From positions 414-64,413 of the forward strand of contig WHTS01000002.1 in assembly GCA_009377585.1 (NCBI GenBank): a stretch of 64,000 nt of DNA. Reading direction: 5' to 3'. The notes under the pieces are model-generated. The model did not search any database. It was given only the letters and a program-made list of their open reading frames with translations, and had not been told where the DNA came from. The stretch's first letter is position 1; each line of letters begins with the position of its first letter. This document shows positions 28,199 through 36,864 of the stretch, in pieces. The position numbers and the translations under genes are program-made. This DNA is from Betaproteobacteria bacterium. Lineage in GTDB: Bacteria > Pseudomonadota > Gammaproteobacteria > Burkholderiales > WYBJ01.

Positions 28199-28550
28199 GG
28201 TCAGTTCGTCACCCCCTGCCTCCGGCCCGGTTCGCCAGCGGCGCACAGTTCCGTGCGGCCAATTCGCGCCGCACTGCGGCTCGAGCCTCGACGATGAAGC
28301 GGGTTCATGGGCAGGGTCGGCATCGGCACAGGTTCGAGGCCGCATCGCCACGAACACGAGCGCAACCTACGGTTCAATTGCGACCTTCGGAGGTCGACGG
28401 AGTGTAACAGTTTCGCACGGCGGGCATAACCCCGGGGCGAGCATTGCGCTCGATATGACAGCCGCCGCGCGTCTGTTTTCGGCCGGACTGCGCTGCGCCG
28501 AAACGGGGCGCGCGAGCACCGCGGCGAAGCTTGCGCGCTGCCTCGCTCGG

Positions 28551-28580
28551 TTGACGCCGCGCGCGCCTGGCCGCTATGAT
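28551..28580 (+). promoter_or_regulatory. Candidate sigma70-type promoter for mdh (TTGACG-18 bp-TATGAT)
   Basis: Hexamers read at 28551-28556 and 28575-28580, ~97 nt upstream of the mdh ATG. No experimental support. Confidence 0.4.
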
Positions 28581-28676
28581 CGAACCGCCTCCGGCGCCCT
28601 CTTTCTGCCTCCCGCGCGAGGTCCGCGCCGGCTCTCCAACCCGCAAGTTTCGCATGCACTTCCCTGGAGCCCTTCG

Positions 28677-29660
28677 ATGAAACGCCCGCTACGCGTGGCC
28701 GTCACCGGCGCCGCCGGCCAGATCGGCTATAGCCTGCTGTTCCGCATCGCCAGCGGCGAGATGCTCGGCAAGGATCAACCCGTGATCCTGCAGCTGCTCG
28801 ATATCACCCCGGCCATGGCCGCTCTCAATGGCGTGGTCATGGAACTGGACGATTGCGCTTTCCCGCTGCTGCAATCGATCGTTGCCAGCGACGATCCGAC
28901 AGTGGCCTTCCGCGATGTCGACGTGGCCTTGCTGGTCGGTGCGCGTCCGCGCAGCAAGGGCATGGAGCGCAAGGATCTGCTGGAAGCGAACGGGGCGATC
29001 TTCACCACCCAGAGCCGGGCCTTGTCGGAAGTGGCAAGCCGCGACGTGAAGGTGCTGGTGGTGGGCAACCCCGCCAACACCAACTGCTACATCGCCATGC
29101 GCAATGCCAAGGCGCTGAAGCCCTCGAACTTCTCGGCCATGATGCGCCTGGACCACAACCGCGCGCTGACCCAGGTCGCGCAGAAAGTCGGCAAGCCGGT
29201 CGCCTCGGTACGCAAGATGACCGTGTGGGGCAATCACTCGGCGACCCAGTACCCGGATTTGTATTCGGCGCAAGTCGACGGCCAGAAGGTCGCCGCGCTC
29301 GTCAACGACCAGGCCTGGATCGAAAAGCAGTTCATCCCGACCATCCAGCAGCGTGGTGCGGCCATCATCCAGGCGCGCGGGTTGTCGAGCGCGGCGAGCG
29401 CGGCCAACGCCGCCATGGATCACGTCCGCGACTGGATCTCGGGCTCGCGCGACGGCGATTGGGTGAGCATGGGCATTCCCTCCGAGGGCAGCTACGGCAT
29501 CCCCGAAGGCGTGATCTACGGTTATCCCGTCACCTGCCGCAATGGTGCCTACGAGATCGTCAAGGGCATCGACGTGAGCGATTTCAGCCGCGCCCGCATG
29601 CAGGCCACGCTCGCGGAGCTGCAGGAGGAACGCGACTCGATCAAGCACCTGCTGGGATGA
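28677..29660 (+). CDS. mdh: Malate dehydrogenase (LDH-like, long type)
   Basis: 327 aa with [34 protein letters not shown] and [17 protein letters not shown]. Confidence 0.95.
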   Translation: MKRPLRVAVTGAAGQIGYSLLFRIASGEMLGKDQPVILQLLDITPAMAALNGVVMELDDCAFPLLQSIVASDDPTVAFRDVDVALLVGARPRSKGMERKDLLEANGAIFTTQSRALSEVASRDVKVLVVGNPANTNCYIAMRNAKALKPSNFSAMMRLDHNRALTQVAQKVGKPVASVRKMTVWGNHSATQYPDLYSAQVDGQKVAALVNDQAWIEKQFIPTIQQRGAAIIQARGLSSAASAANAAMDHVRDWISGSRDGDWVSMGIPSEGSYGIPEGVIYGYPVTCRNGAYEIVKGIDVSDFSRARMQATLAELQEERDSIKHLLG

Positions 29661-30829
29661 CAAAGGACCCCGCCATGGCATCGTCCCCTGCACCGACCTT
29701 CAAGCCCAAGAAGTCCGTGGCGCTTTCGGGCATCGCGGCCGGCAGCACCGAGCTGTGCACGGTGGGCCGAACCGGCAACGATCTCGCCTATCGCGGCTAC
29801 GACATCCTCGATATCGCCGAGCGCTGCGAATTCGAGGAAATCGCGCACCTGCTGATCCACGGCAAGCTGCCCACCGCAGCCGAGCTGGCGGGCTACAAGG
29901 TCAAGCTCCAGTCGCTGCGGGGGCTGCCGGCCGCGGTCAAGGCCGTGCTCGAATGCATCCCGGCCGCGGCGCACCCGATGGATGTGCTGCGCACCGGCTG
30001 CTCGGTGCTCGGCACCACGCTGCCGGAGAAGGACGACCATAACGCGCCGGGCGCACGCGACATCGGCGATCGGCTGATCGCCTCGTTCGGCTCGATGCTG
30101 CTGTACTGGCACCACTACAGCCAGAACGGCCGGCGCATCGAGGTCGAGACCGACGACGACTCCATCGGCGGCCACTTCCTGCACCTGCTGCACGGGAAAG
30201 CGCCGAGCGAGATGTTCGTGCGCGCCATGCACACCTCGCTCAACCTCTATGCCGAGCACGAGTTCAATGCCTCGACCTTCGCCTGCCGCGTGGTCGCGGG
30301 CACCGGCGCGGACATGCACTCGGCCATCACCGGCGGCATCGGCGCGCTGCGCGGCCCCAAGCACGGCGGCGCCAACGAGGTCGCCTTCGAGGTCATGAAG
30401 CGCTACGAGACGCCCGCCGAAGCCGAGGCCGACATCGTCAAGCGCGTGGCGGCCAGCGAGACCATCATCGGCTTCGGCCATCCCGTCTACACCATCGCCG
30501 ATCCGCGCAATCGCATCATCAAGGAAGTTGCGCGCAAGCTCTCCGCCGCTTCCAGCGACATGAAGATGTTCGACATCGCCGATCGCATCGAAGCGGTGAT
30601 GGCGCGCGAGAAGAAGATGTTCGCGAACCTCGACTGGTTCTCGGCGGTGTCGTATCACAAGATGGGCATTCCGACCGCGATGTTCACCCCGATCTTTGTC
30701 GTCTCGCGCACCAGCGGCTGGTCGGCGCACGTCATCGAGCAGCGCATCGACAACAAGATCATCCGTCCCACGGCGGTGTACACCGGTCCCGAGGGCAAGC
30801 AATACGTACCGATCGAGAAGCGCGAGTAG
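29657..30829 (+). CDS. prpC: 2-methylcitrate synthase
   Basis: Near-colinear with E. coli PrpC as I recall it ([44 protein letters not shown]). The ATG overlaps the mdh TGA (ATGA). An alternative ATG lies at 29675. Confidence 0.9.
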   Translation: MTKDPAMASSPAPTFKPKKSVALSGIAAGSTELCTVGRTGNDLAYRGYDILDIAERCEFEEIAHLLIHGKLPTAAELAGYKVKLQSLRGLPAAVKAVLECIPAAAHPMDVLRTGCSVLGTTLPEKDDHNAPGARDIGDRLIASFGSMLLYWHHYSQNGRRIEVETDDDSIGGHFLHLLHGKAPSEMFVRAMHTSLNLYAEHEFNASTFACRVVAGTGADMHSAITGGIGALRGPKHGGANEVAFEVMKRYETPAEAEADIVKRVAASETIIGFGHPVYTIADPRNRIIKEVARKLSAASSDMKMFDIADRIEAVMAREKKMFANLDWFSAVSYHKMGIPTAMFTPIFVVSRTSGWSAHVIEQRIDNKIIRPTAVYTGPEGKQYVPIEKRE

Positions 30830-30832
30830 CAC

Positions 30833-30919
30833 GGGAATGACACGGTTGTCGTCATCCCCGCGGGACTCCAGGGCGTCGCGAAGTGCACCTGGATTCCCCT
30901 CTTCATGGGAATGACGCGG
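30833..30919. repeat. Two REP-D elements (GGGAATGAC hairpins) in the prpC-prpD spacer
   Basis: GGGAATGACACGgttgTCGTCATCCCC at 30833-30859 and GGATTCCCCtcttcaTGGGAATGACGCGG at 30891-30919. Confidence 0.8.
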
Positions 30920-30946
30920 ATACAGACGCATCAAAGGGAGCCCGCC

Positions 30947-32389
30947 ATGTCGAGCGCCATCAGCAACATTCGCCCCGAACCGGACAAGGTTCTCACAGAC
31001 ATCGCGGACTACGTCGCGCGCTACCCAGTCACAAGCAAGGAAGCGTACGAGACCGCGCGCTATTGCCTGATGGATACCCTCGGCTGCGGGCTGGAGGCGC
31101 TCTCCTACCCGGCCTGCACCAAGCTCATGGGCCCGATCGTGCCCGGCACCGTAGTGCCAAACGGGGCGCGCGTGCCCGGCACGTCGTTTCAGCTCGATCC
31201 GGTCATGGCGGCCTTCAACATCGGCTGCATGATCCGCTGGCTCGATTTCAACGACACCTGGCTCGCCGCCGAATGGGGCCATCCGTCGGACAACCTGGGC
31301 GGGATTCTCGCCGTCGCCGATTACCTGTCGCGCAATAACATCGCCAACGGGCACGAACCGCTGCCGATGCGCGACGTGCTCGAAAGCATGATCAAGGCGC
31401 ACGAGATCCAGGGTGTCATCGCGATCGAGAACAGCTTCAACCGCGTCGGCCTCGATCACGTCGTGCTGGTGAAGGTGGCCACCACCGCCGTGGTCGCGCA
31501 GATGCTCGGCGCGACGCAGGAGGAGATCCTGAACGCACTCTCCAACGCCTGGATCGACGGCCAGTCGCTTCGCACCTACCGCCATGTGCCCAATACCGGC
31601 TCGCGCAAGTCCTGGGCCGCCGGCGATGCAACCAGCCGCGGCGTGCGTCTCGCGCTCATGGCGCTCAAGGGCGAAATGGGCTATCCGTCCGCGCTCACCG
31701 CGTCCACCTGGGGTTTTTACGACGTGCTCTTCAAGGGGCAGCCGTTCCAGTTCACGCGCGAGTACGGCTCGTACGTGATGGAGCACGTGCTGTTCAAGAT
31801 CTCCTACCCGGCGGAGTTCCATGCACAGACCGCGGTGGAAGCCGCGCTCGAGCTGTATCCCGACGTGGCGCCGCGGCTCAACGAGGTGAAGGAGGTCGTG
31901 ATCACCACCCACGAGTCGGCCATCCGCATCATCGACAAGAAGGGGCCGCTCAACAACCCGGCCGATCGCGATCACTGCATCCAGTACATGACTGCGGTTG
32001 CGCTCATCCACGGCAGTCTCACCGCGCGCCATTACGAGGACGAGGTCGCGCGCGATCCGCGCATCGATCGGCTGCGCGAAAAGATGCTCTGCGTGGAGAA
32101 CAAGCAGTGGACCGCGGACTACCTTGACCCGGCCAAACGCTCGATCGCCAACGGCATCCAGGTGTTCTTCGCCGACGGCAGCCAGACGCGCAAGGTCGAC
32201 GTAGAGTATCCGCTCGGTCATCGGCGCCGGCGTGCCGAAGGCATCCCGCTGCTGGTGGAGAAGTTCAAGACCAACCTCGGCCGCCGTTTCCCGGCCAAGC
32301 AATGCGACGCGATCCTGAGGCTCTGCGAGGACGGGGCACGGCTCGAGGCCACCCCGGTCAACGAGTTCGTCGATCTGTTCGTCATTTGA
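30947..32389 (+). CDS. prpD: 2-methylcitrate dehydratase (MmgE/PrpD family)
   Basis: 480 aa with PrpD-like N-terminus [11 protein letters not shown] and [10 protein letters not shown]. Start at ATG 30947 behind GGGAG. Confidence 0.88.
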   Translation: MSSAISNIRPEPDKVLTDIADYVARYPVTSKEAYETARYCLMDTLGCGLEALSYPACTKLMGPIVPGTVVPNGARVPGTSFQLDPVMAAFNIGCMIRWLDFNDTWLAAEWGHPSDNLGGILAVADYLSRNNIANGHEPLPMRDVLESMIKAHEIQGVIAIENSFNRVGLDHVVLVKVATTAVVAQMLGATQEEILNALSNAWIDGQSLRTYRHVPNTGSRKSWAAGDATSRGVRLALMALKGEMGYPSALTASTWGFYDVLFKGQPFQFTREYGSYVMEHVLFKISYPAEFHAQTAVEAALELYPDVAPRLNEVKEVVITTHESAIRIIDKKGPLNNPADRDHCIQYMTAVALIHGSLTARHYEDEVARDPRIDRLREKMLCVENKQWTADYLDPAKRSIANGIQVFFADGSQTRKVDVEYPLGHRRRRAEGIPLLVEKFKTNLGRRFPAKQCDAILRLCEDGARLEATPVNEFVDLFVI

Positions 32390-32402
32390 CCGGAGTGCCT
32401 GC

Positions 32403-32993
32403 ATGCCGGCTGTAGCGTTTCGGATCACTCTCGGCGCCTGCGCGCTTCTTGCGCCGATCGTCGCCGTTCAGGCCGCATCCATGGACGCGCCCAAGCGCAA
32501 GCCGGGCCTGTGGCAACAGACCGTGACTACCACCGGGCTGGCCGTTCCACCGCAGTCGATGAGCATGTGCACCGACGAGAAGACCGACGACCTGATCGCT
32601 TCGCGCGCCGGGCAAAGCCAGGAATGCCAGCAGCAGTCGACACGGCGCGAAGGCAGCGTCTTCGTGGTCGATGCCGTCTGCCGCAGCGGCAACACGACCA
32701 TACGCACCCACGGCCGCTTCAGCGGCGACTTCGCCACGCGCTATTCGGGGGAGCTGCGCTCGACCTTCGAGCCACCGATGCAGGGCATGAAAGAGATGTC
32801 GCAGAAGATCGATGCGCGCTGGGTCGGCCCCTGCAAGCCGGGACAGAAGCCGGGCGACGTGGTGATGGACAACATGGGTGGCATGAACATGAACGAGATG
32901 ATGAATGCCGATCCGCAGAAGATGAAGGAGCTGATGCAGCAGATGCAACAGATGCAGCAGATGCAGCAGATGCAGAAAAGCGCGCCGCGGTAG
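32403..32993 (+). CDS. Secreted DUF3617-like protein with a methionine-rich C-terminal tail
   Basis: 196 aa with a signal peptide ending VQAAS and PGLWQQT plus paired Cys pattern (DUF3617 by recollection). The last 45 aa contain 12 Met. Confidence 0.6.
   Translation: MPAVAFRITLGACALLAPIVAVQAASMDAPKRKPGLWQQTVTTTGLAVPPQSMSMCTDEKTDDLIASRAGQSQECQQQSTRREGSVFVVDAVCRSGNTTIRTHGRFSGDFATRYSGELRSTFEPPMQGMKEMSQKIDARWVGPCKPGQKPGDVVMDNMGGMNMNEMMNADPQKMKELMQQMQQMQQMQQMQKSAPR
32934..32975 (+). repeat. 9-bp in-frame microsatellite (ATGCAGCAG)x4.7 encoding (MQQ)n
   Basis: Read directly at the 3' end of the DUF3617-like gene. Confidence 0.9.
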
Positions 32994-33024
32994 AGCAAGC
33001 GCAGGAATACGGCGGAGCAAGACG

Positions 33025-33147
33025 ATGACGCTTCCCGACACGCTGCGAAGCTTCGCACCTCGCCCCGGTTCGACCGGCAGCTTCCGCGATCTCTCGGTGC
33101 TCGAGCAAGCCGGCCTCGGCCGCGTCTCGCGCCTGCCCGTCTCGCTA
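33025..33147 (+). pseudogene. 5' stub (about 41 codons) of an aconitase gene
   Basis: MTLPDTLRSF...SFRDLSVLEQAGLGRVSRLPVSL parallels the AcnA N-terminus in this same window ([23 protein letters not shown], 12/23 identical). It keeps a GGAG SD and ATG, and similarity stops at ~33147. Confidence 0.55.
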
Positions 33148-33179
33148 TGGTCTGATCCCAATCAACGCAGGAGGAACGC

Positions 33180-33914
33180 ATGGCTACGGAAATCAAGACG
33201 CTCGGCAAGCTGCCCCGAAGCGCGTTCGGTACCCTGGAAGTCCCGCGGCTGCCCGAGGAAATCGTCGCGGGATTCTCCGCGCTGGTCGATCTGACGGGCA
33301 CGGTCTCGGATGCGATGGACAACCTCGGCTTGTTCGCGGCGCTGCCCGCCTCGACGCTCGCCCCGACCCTTGCGGGCAAGCGCATCATCGGTCACGCCGT
33401 AACGGTGCGCAACGTCGAGCGCCAGCAGTCGGTTCACACCGCCGCGGCCGAAGGCATCAACCGCATGGGCGAGACCGAAGCGTACAACCTGGCCCGGCAC
33501 GGCGACGTGATCGTCATCGAGGGCCTGTTCGGCTGCTCCAACATGGGCGGGCAGTCGGCCACCATCGCCCACCGCCAGGGCTGCGCAGGCGCTGTCATCG
33601 ACGGCTCCTATCGCGATCCCGATGCGTCGCGGGGCTTAAGCTTCCCCATCTGGGCGCGCGGCGTAACGCAGATCACCGGCAAATGGCGCCTGGAAACCGT
33701 GGAAGTGAACGGCCGGGTGCGAGTCTGCAACGTGTCGGTCGACGCCGGCGATCTCGTCCTGGCCGACGACGCCGGCGTGGTGTTCGTGCCCAAGGCGCAT
33801 GCCGCCGCGATTCTGGCCGAAGCGCGCAAGATCGATGCCGGCGACAGCAAGCGCAAGCAGGACATCGACGCGGGCGTGGACATCGGGTCTCTGGTCAATA
33901 AGAAATACAAGTGA
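33180..33914 (+). CDS. RraA-family protein, long form (HMG/CHA aldolase / oxaloacetate decarboxylase-like)
   Basis: 244 aa with GGQSATIAHRQGCAGAVIDGSYRD and GDLVLADDAGVVFVP motifs of the RraA/dimethylmenaquinone-methyltransferase fold. AGGAGGA SD. Confidence 0.8.
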   Translation: MATEIKTLGKLPRSAFGTLEVPRLPEEIVAGFSALVDLTGTVSDAMDNLGLFAALPASTLAPTLAGKRIIGHAVTVRNVERQQSVHTAAAEGINRMGETEAYNLARHGDVIVIEGLFGCSNMGGQSATIAHRQGCAGAVIDGSYRDPDASRGLSFPIWARGVTQITGKWRLETVEVNGRVRVCNVSVDAGDLVLADDAGVVFVPKAHAAAILAEARKIDAGDSKRKQDIDAGVDIGSLVNKKYK

Positions 33915-33924
33915 GCTCGGTGCA

Positions 33925-34017
33925 GGGTGAAAGGTGAAGGGTGAGGGGCGCCCAAGCGTCCAGCATGCAACTCACCGACGGACCGCCACTTCACCTTTCA
34001 CTCTTCACATTTCACTC
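33925..34017 (+). repeat. REP-C element (second copy), in the spacer between the RraA-like and AMDase-like genes
   Basis: Purine arm GGGTGAAAGGTGAAGGGTGAGGGG at 33925-33948 and pyrimidine arm at 33989-34017. Its orientation relative to transcription is the same as the copy at 18680-18778. Confidence 0.85.
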
Positions 34018-34051
34018 AACAACATCCCTCATATTCTTCAAGCGCATAACA

Positions 34052-34783
34052 ATGTCCCTCGCCTCCAAGCGCATCGGCCTGCTCGTCCCCTCCTCCAACT
34101 CGACCGTCGAAGTCGAGTTCTACCGGACGCTCCCGCAGGACGTATCGTTGCACGTCGCCCGCCTGCCGATCACGCAAGTGAATCCCGAGTCGATCGCCGG
34201 GATGGTGGATCCGCTGGAAAGCGAATCGAAGAAGCTTGCGAGCGCGGATGTCGACGTGATCGTGCTCGGGGCCGCGGCGCCGAGCTTCCTCAAGGGCATG
34301 GGCTACGACCGCGAGATGTCGCAGCGGATCGCGCAGGCCACCGGCAAGCCGGCCACCACCGCATCGACCGCGCTGCTGCAATCGCTCGCCGCACTCGGGG
34401 CCAAGCGCGTTGCCCTCGGCACCGCTTATACGACCAAGGTGAACGACATCGCGATCGCGTTCCTGCGTGCCAACGGCATCGAAGTCGTCAAGACCGAGTG
34501 CCTCGGATACGAGGACAATCTCGAGATCGGCCGCCTCGACGTGCAGAGCGCCTGCGACCTCGGCCGCCGCATCGCCTGCCCCGAAGCGCAGGCGATCGCG
34601 TTTCTATGCACCAACTGGCAATCGATGACCATCATCGAGCGGCTGGAACGCGATACCGGGCTGCCGGTGCTTTCGAGCACGCAGTTCAGCGTCTGGGCGG
34701 CGCTGAAGACCATCGGGTACGCAGGGCGGATCGAGGGCTACGGCAGGCTGCTGCGCGAAATGCCGGCGCTGCCTGCATCCTGA
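34052..34783 (+). CDS. Asp/Glu racemase-superfamily enzyme, arylmalonate decarboxylase / maleate isomerase-like (single catalytic Cys)
   Basis: 243 aa with RIGLLVPSSNSTVEVEF, ATGKPATTASTALLQSLAALGAKRVALGTAY and AFLCTNWQS. The position of the first catalytic Cys of maleate isomerase reads LGAAAPSF, with no Cys. Confidence 0.7.
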   Translation: MSLASKRIGLLVPSSNSTVEVEFYRTLPQDVSLHVARLPITQVNPESIAGMVDPLESESKKLASADVDVIVLGAAAPSFLKGMGYDREMSQRIAQATGKPATTASTALLQSLAALGAKRVALGTAYTTKVNDIAIAFLRANGIEVVKTECLGYEDNLEIGRLDVQSACDLGRRIACPEAQAIAFLCTNWQSMTIIERLERDTGLPVLSSTQFSVWAALKTIGYAGRIEGYGRLLREMPALPAS

Positions 34784-34929
34784 GCTCGACCTCTCCCCTC
34801 GGCAGACGACGTTCGGTCTAGACCTTTCCCTTCTTGGACGGCTTCGGACGATCTCGGTATCGTGCTTGAAGAGCATGCAGAATCCATCACAGCATGGATC
34901 GGAATCGGCACTCTCCGGGAGCATTCGTA

Positions 34930-35403
34930 ATGTCTCTCGAGACCTGGGAGCTATTGAGCTACATCGTCACGGTGATCGGCCTGCCGCTCGCGATCGTGGT
35001 GTACATCCACGACCAGCGCAAGGAGCGCGAGAACGAGGATGAAGAGGTCTACCAGCTCCTCTCGGACAACTACCAGGAGTTCCTCAAGGTCGCGCTGGAG
35101 AATCCGGACCTGCGGCTTTTCTCGGCGGAATCCGCCGGCGAACTCACCGTCGAGCAGCGCGAGCGCAAGCTCATCGTGTTCAACATGCTGATCTCGCTCT
35201 TCGAGCGCGCCTACCTCGTCCTGTACGAAGAATCGATGAGCGACAAGCAGGCGCGGCGCTGGCGCTCGTGGGAAGACTACATGCGCGAATGGTGCGCGCG
35301 GCCGGATTTCCGGCGGGCGCTGCCCGAGCTGCTGCGCGGCGAGGATCCCGAGTTCGTCGCTTACATCCGCGGCCTCGCGACCGCAGCCGAGCCTGCGGCC
35401 TGA
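34930..35403 (+). CDS. Hypothetical protein with an N-terminal TM anchor
   Basis: 157 aa from MSLETWELLSYIVTVIGLPLAIVVYI, followed by a charged helical domain. The upstream region looks low in GC. No family recognised. Confidence 0.5.
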   Translation: MSLETWELLSYIVTVIGLPLAIVVYIHDQRKERENEDEEVYQLLSDNYQEFLKVALENPDLRLFSAESAGELTVEQRERKLIVFNMLISLFERAYLVLYEESMSDKQARRWRSWEDYMREWCARPDFRRALPELLRGEDPEFVAYIRGLATAAEPAA

Positions 35404-35503
35404 CATCTCATGGCGCTCGCCTTGGGCTTGATATTTCAGGCAAGTCCAGGTTGCTCAGCTCCAGCATCCGTCTCCGAGCCGGCTGCCGCCTGACAAGGCC
35501 TCG

Positions 35504-35842
35504 CTACGGCTTTGCCAGCCCCAGGTCCACCAGCACGCCCTTCATCGCCTTGTACTCGCTGTCGATGGTCGCGTGCAGCTCCGCCCCGGTCTTGAAGAAG
35601 TCGCCCCAGTAGTTGTAACCGATCTGATTGCCGCCGCCCGGGCGGTGGACGAGGGTGAAGCTCGTGTTGAGGACCTTGCTCGCGACGAAGGTGCGCTCGA
35701 TCCCCCGGGCGAGCTTGTCGAGAGTGCCGCCGGGCGCCACGGGCACGACGAGCTCCACGTTTTTCTGCGACGACCAACCTTGCGCCTGCGCGCAATCGAT
35801 ACCGAGCAGAGCAAAAGCAGCCAATGCGCATGCAGCTTTCAT
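35504..35842 (-). pseudogene. Bug/TctC-family binding protein with a large internal deletion
   Basis: 112 aa. The signal peptide and the first ~70 residues (VELVVPVAPGGTLDKLAR...HRPGGGNQIGYNY) join directly to a C-terminal-like tail (AELHATIDSEYKAMKGVLVDLGL). Full-length relatives are ~325 aa. Confidence 0.6.
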
Positions 35843-35882
35843 CTCACCCTCCTCCTGTGATCCGTCCGGGATTACCGCTACT

Positions 35883-36743
35883 TCATTTCAAGTACTCACC
35901 CTGCCAGCGTTTGTAATCCTTCTGCCGTAGCGCCACGTCGAGCAGTTCCTCGGAGGCGACCTTGTCTTTCAGCGCCGCAGTCGTCCCGCCCTCGCGCAGG
36001 TGCTTGAGCGTGTCGTACACAGCCTTGACGGACGCATAGAGCGGCTGGTGCCCTTGCAGCGCGACGCGCACGCCATGCTCGGCCAGCCATTGCTTGTCGG
36101 AAAGCTCGGGCGTGGCGCCGCCGAGTATCAGGGGCAAGCGGCAGATCTCGTGCACGGCCTCGATCTCGGCGCGCTTGGTGCCGCCGACCAGGAAGATCGC
36201 ATCCACGCCGGTATCCTGCGCGGCTTTCACCCGCTCGATCGTCTCCGGGATGCCGGAGAGCTTCAGCCCGTTGGTGCGACCGATCACCGTGAGCGACGGG
36301 TCCTGGCGCGCGGCGACCGCGGCCTTCAACTTGCCGACGAACTCGGGAATCGTGATCATCTGCTCGCCCTTGGCGCCGAACGCGGTCGGGAGGACCGTAT
36401 CCTCGATCGTCAAGCCCGACACGCCGGCGGTTTCGAGCTCTTCGACGGTTCGCATGACGTTGATCGCGTTGCCGTAGCCGTGATCGGCGTCGACCATGAG
36501 CGGCATGGGCGAGGCGCGGCAAATGCGCAGGATCTGGTCCGCGAACTCGGTCAGCGTCAGGACGATGATGTCCGGCGCACCCAGCACGGTGGCCGAGGCG
36601 GTGGAGCCGGCGAACATTCCGACCTCGAACCCGAGCGAGGCGGCGATGCGCGCCGACATGGCGTCGAACACCGACGCCGGGTGGACGCAGACGTTTCCTT
36701 GCAGGATTTCGCGATAGCGCGCGCGGCGTGCGGTGAGCAGCAT
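35883..36743 (-). CDS. PEP mutase/isocitrate lyase-superfamily protein, PA4872-type oxaloacetate decarboxylase-like
   Basis: 286 aa with ASVFDAMSARIAASLGFE, DADHGYGNAINVMRTVEELETAG and LTIEDTVLPTAFGAKG. It lacks the KRCGH loop of PrpB-type methylisocitrate lyase. Confidence 0.75.
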   Translation of the reverse strand: MLLTARRARYREILQGNVCVHPASVFDAMSARIAASLGFEVGMFAGSTASATVLGAPDIIVLTLTEFADQILRICRASPMPLMVDADHGYGNAINVMRTVEELETAGVSGLTIEDTVLPTAFGAKGEQMITIPEFVGKLKAAVAARQDPSLTVIGRTNGLKLSGIPETIERVKAAQDTGVDAIFLVGGTKRAEIEAVHEICRLPLILGGATPELSDKQWLAEHGVRVALQGHQPLYASVKAVYDTLKHLREGGTTAALKDKVASEELLDVALRQKDYKRWQGEYLK

Positions 36744-36864
36744 GATGTTTCCTTCCCTGTCCTGTGAAGACTTTCCCATTATCCACGAGTCGTTACCGAG
36801 CTGGCGGGAATCAGATTCTGGGTCTTGCCCTGGACTGCCGTCGACGCGGCAGCGACAAAAATTG

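Noticed and set aside
28199-28676. Search for a degraded regulator gene between sdhC and mdh
   Set aside because: The ORFs here (e.g. 28201-28659) translate to Arg/Ala/Ser-rich sequence with no helix-turn-helix-like segment, so the region is treated as non-coding.
29549-32428. 959-aa minus-strand ORF opposite prpC and prpD
   Set aside because: It is antisense to two genes with near-colinear similarity to known enzymes, and its composition and lack of motifs indicate a GC artefact. The same reasoning applies to 1818-3389, 12866-14683, 14482-15834, 15779-18349, 20491-22551, 25808-27667, 36733-38829, 40604-42772, 43549-44901, 45778-47841, 52375-54639, 57847-59859, 60082-61743 and 61750-63171.
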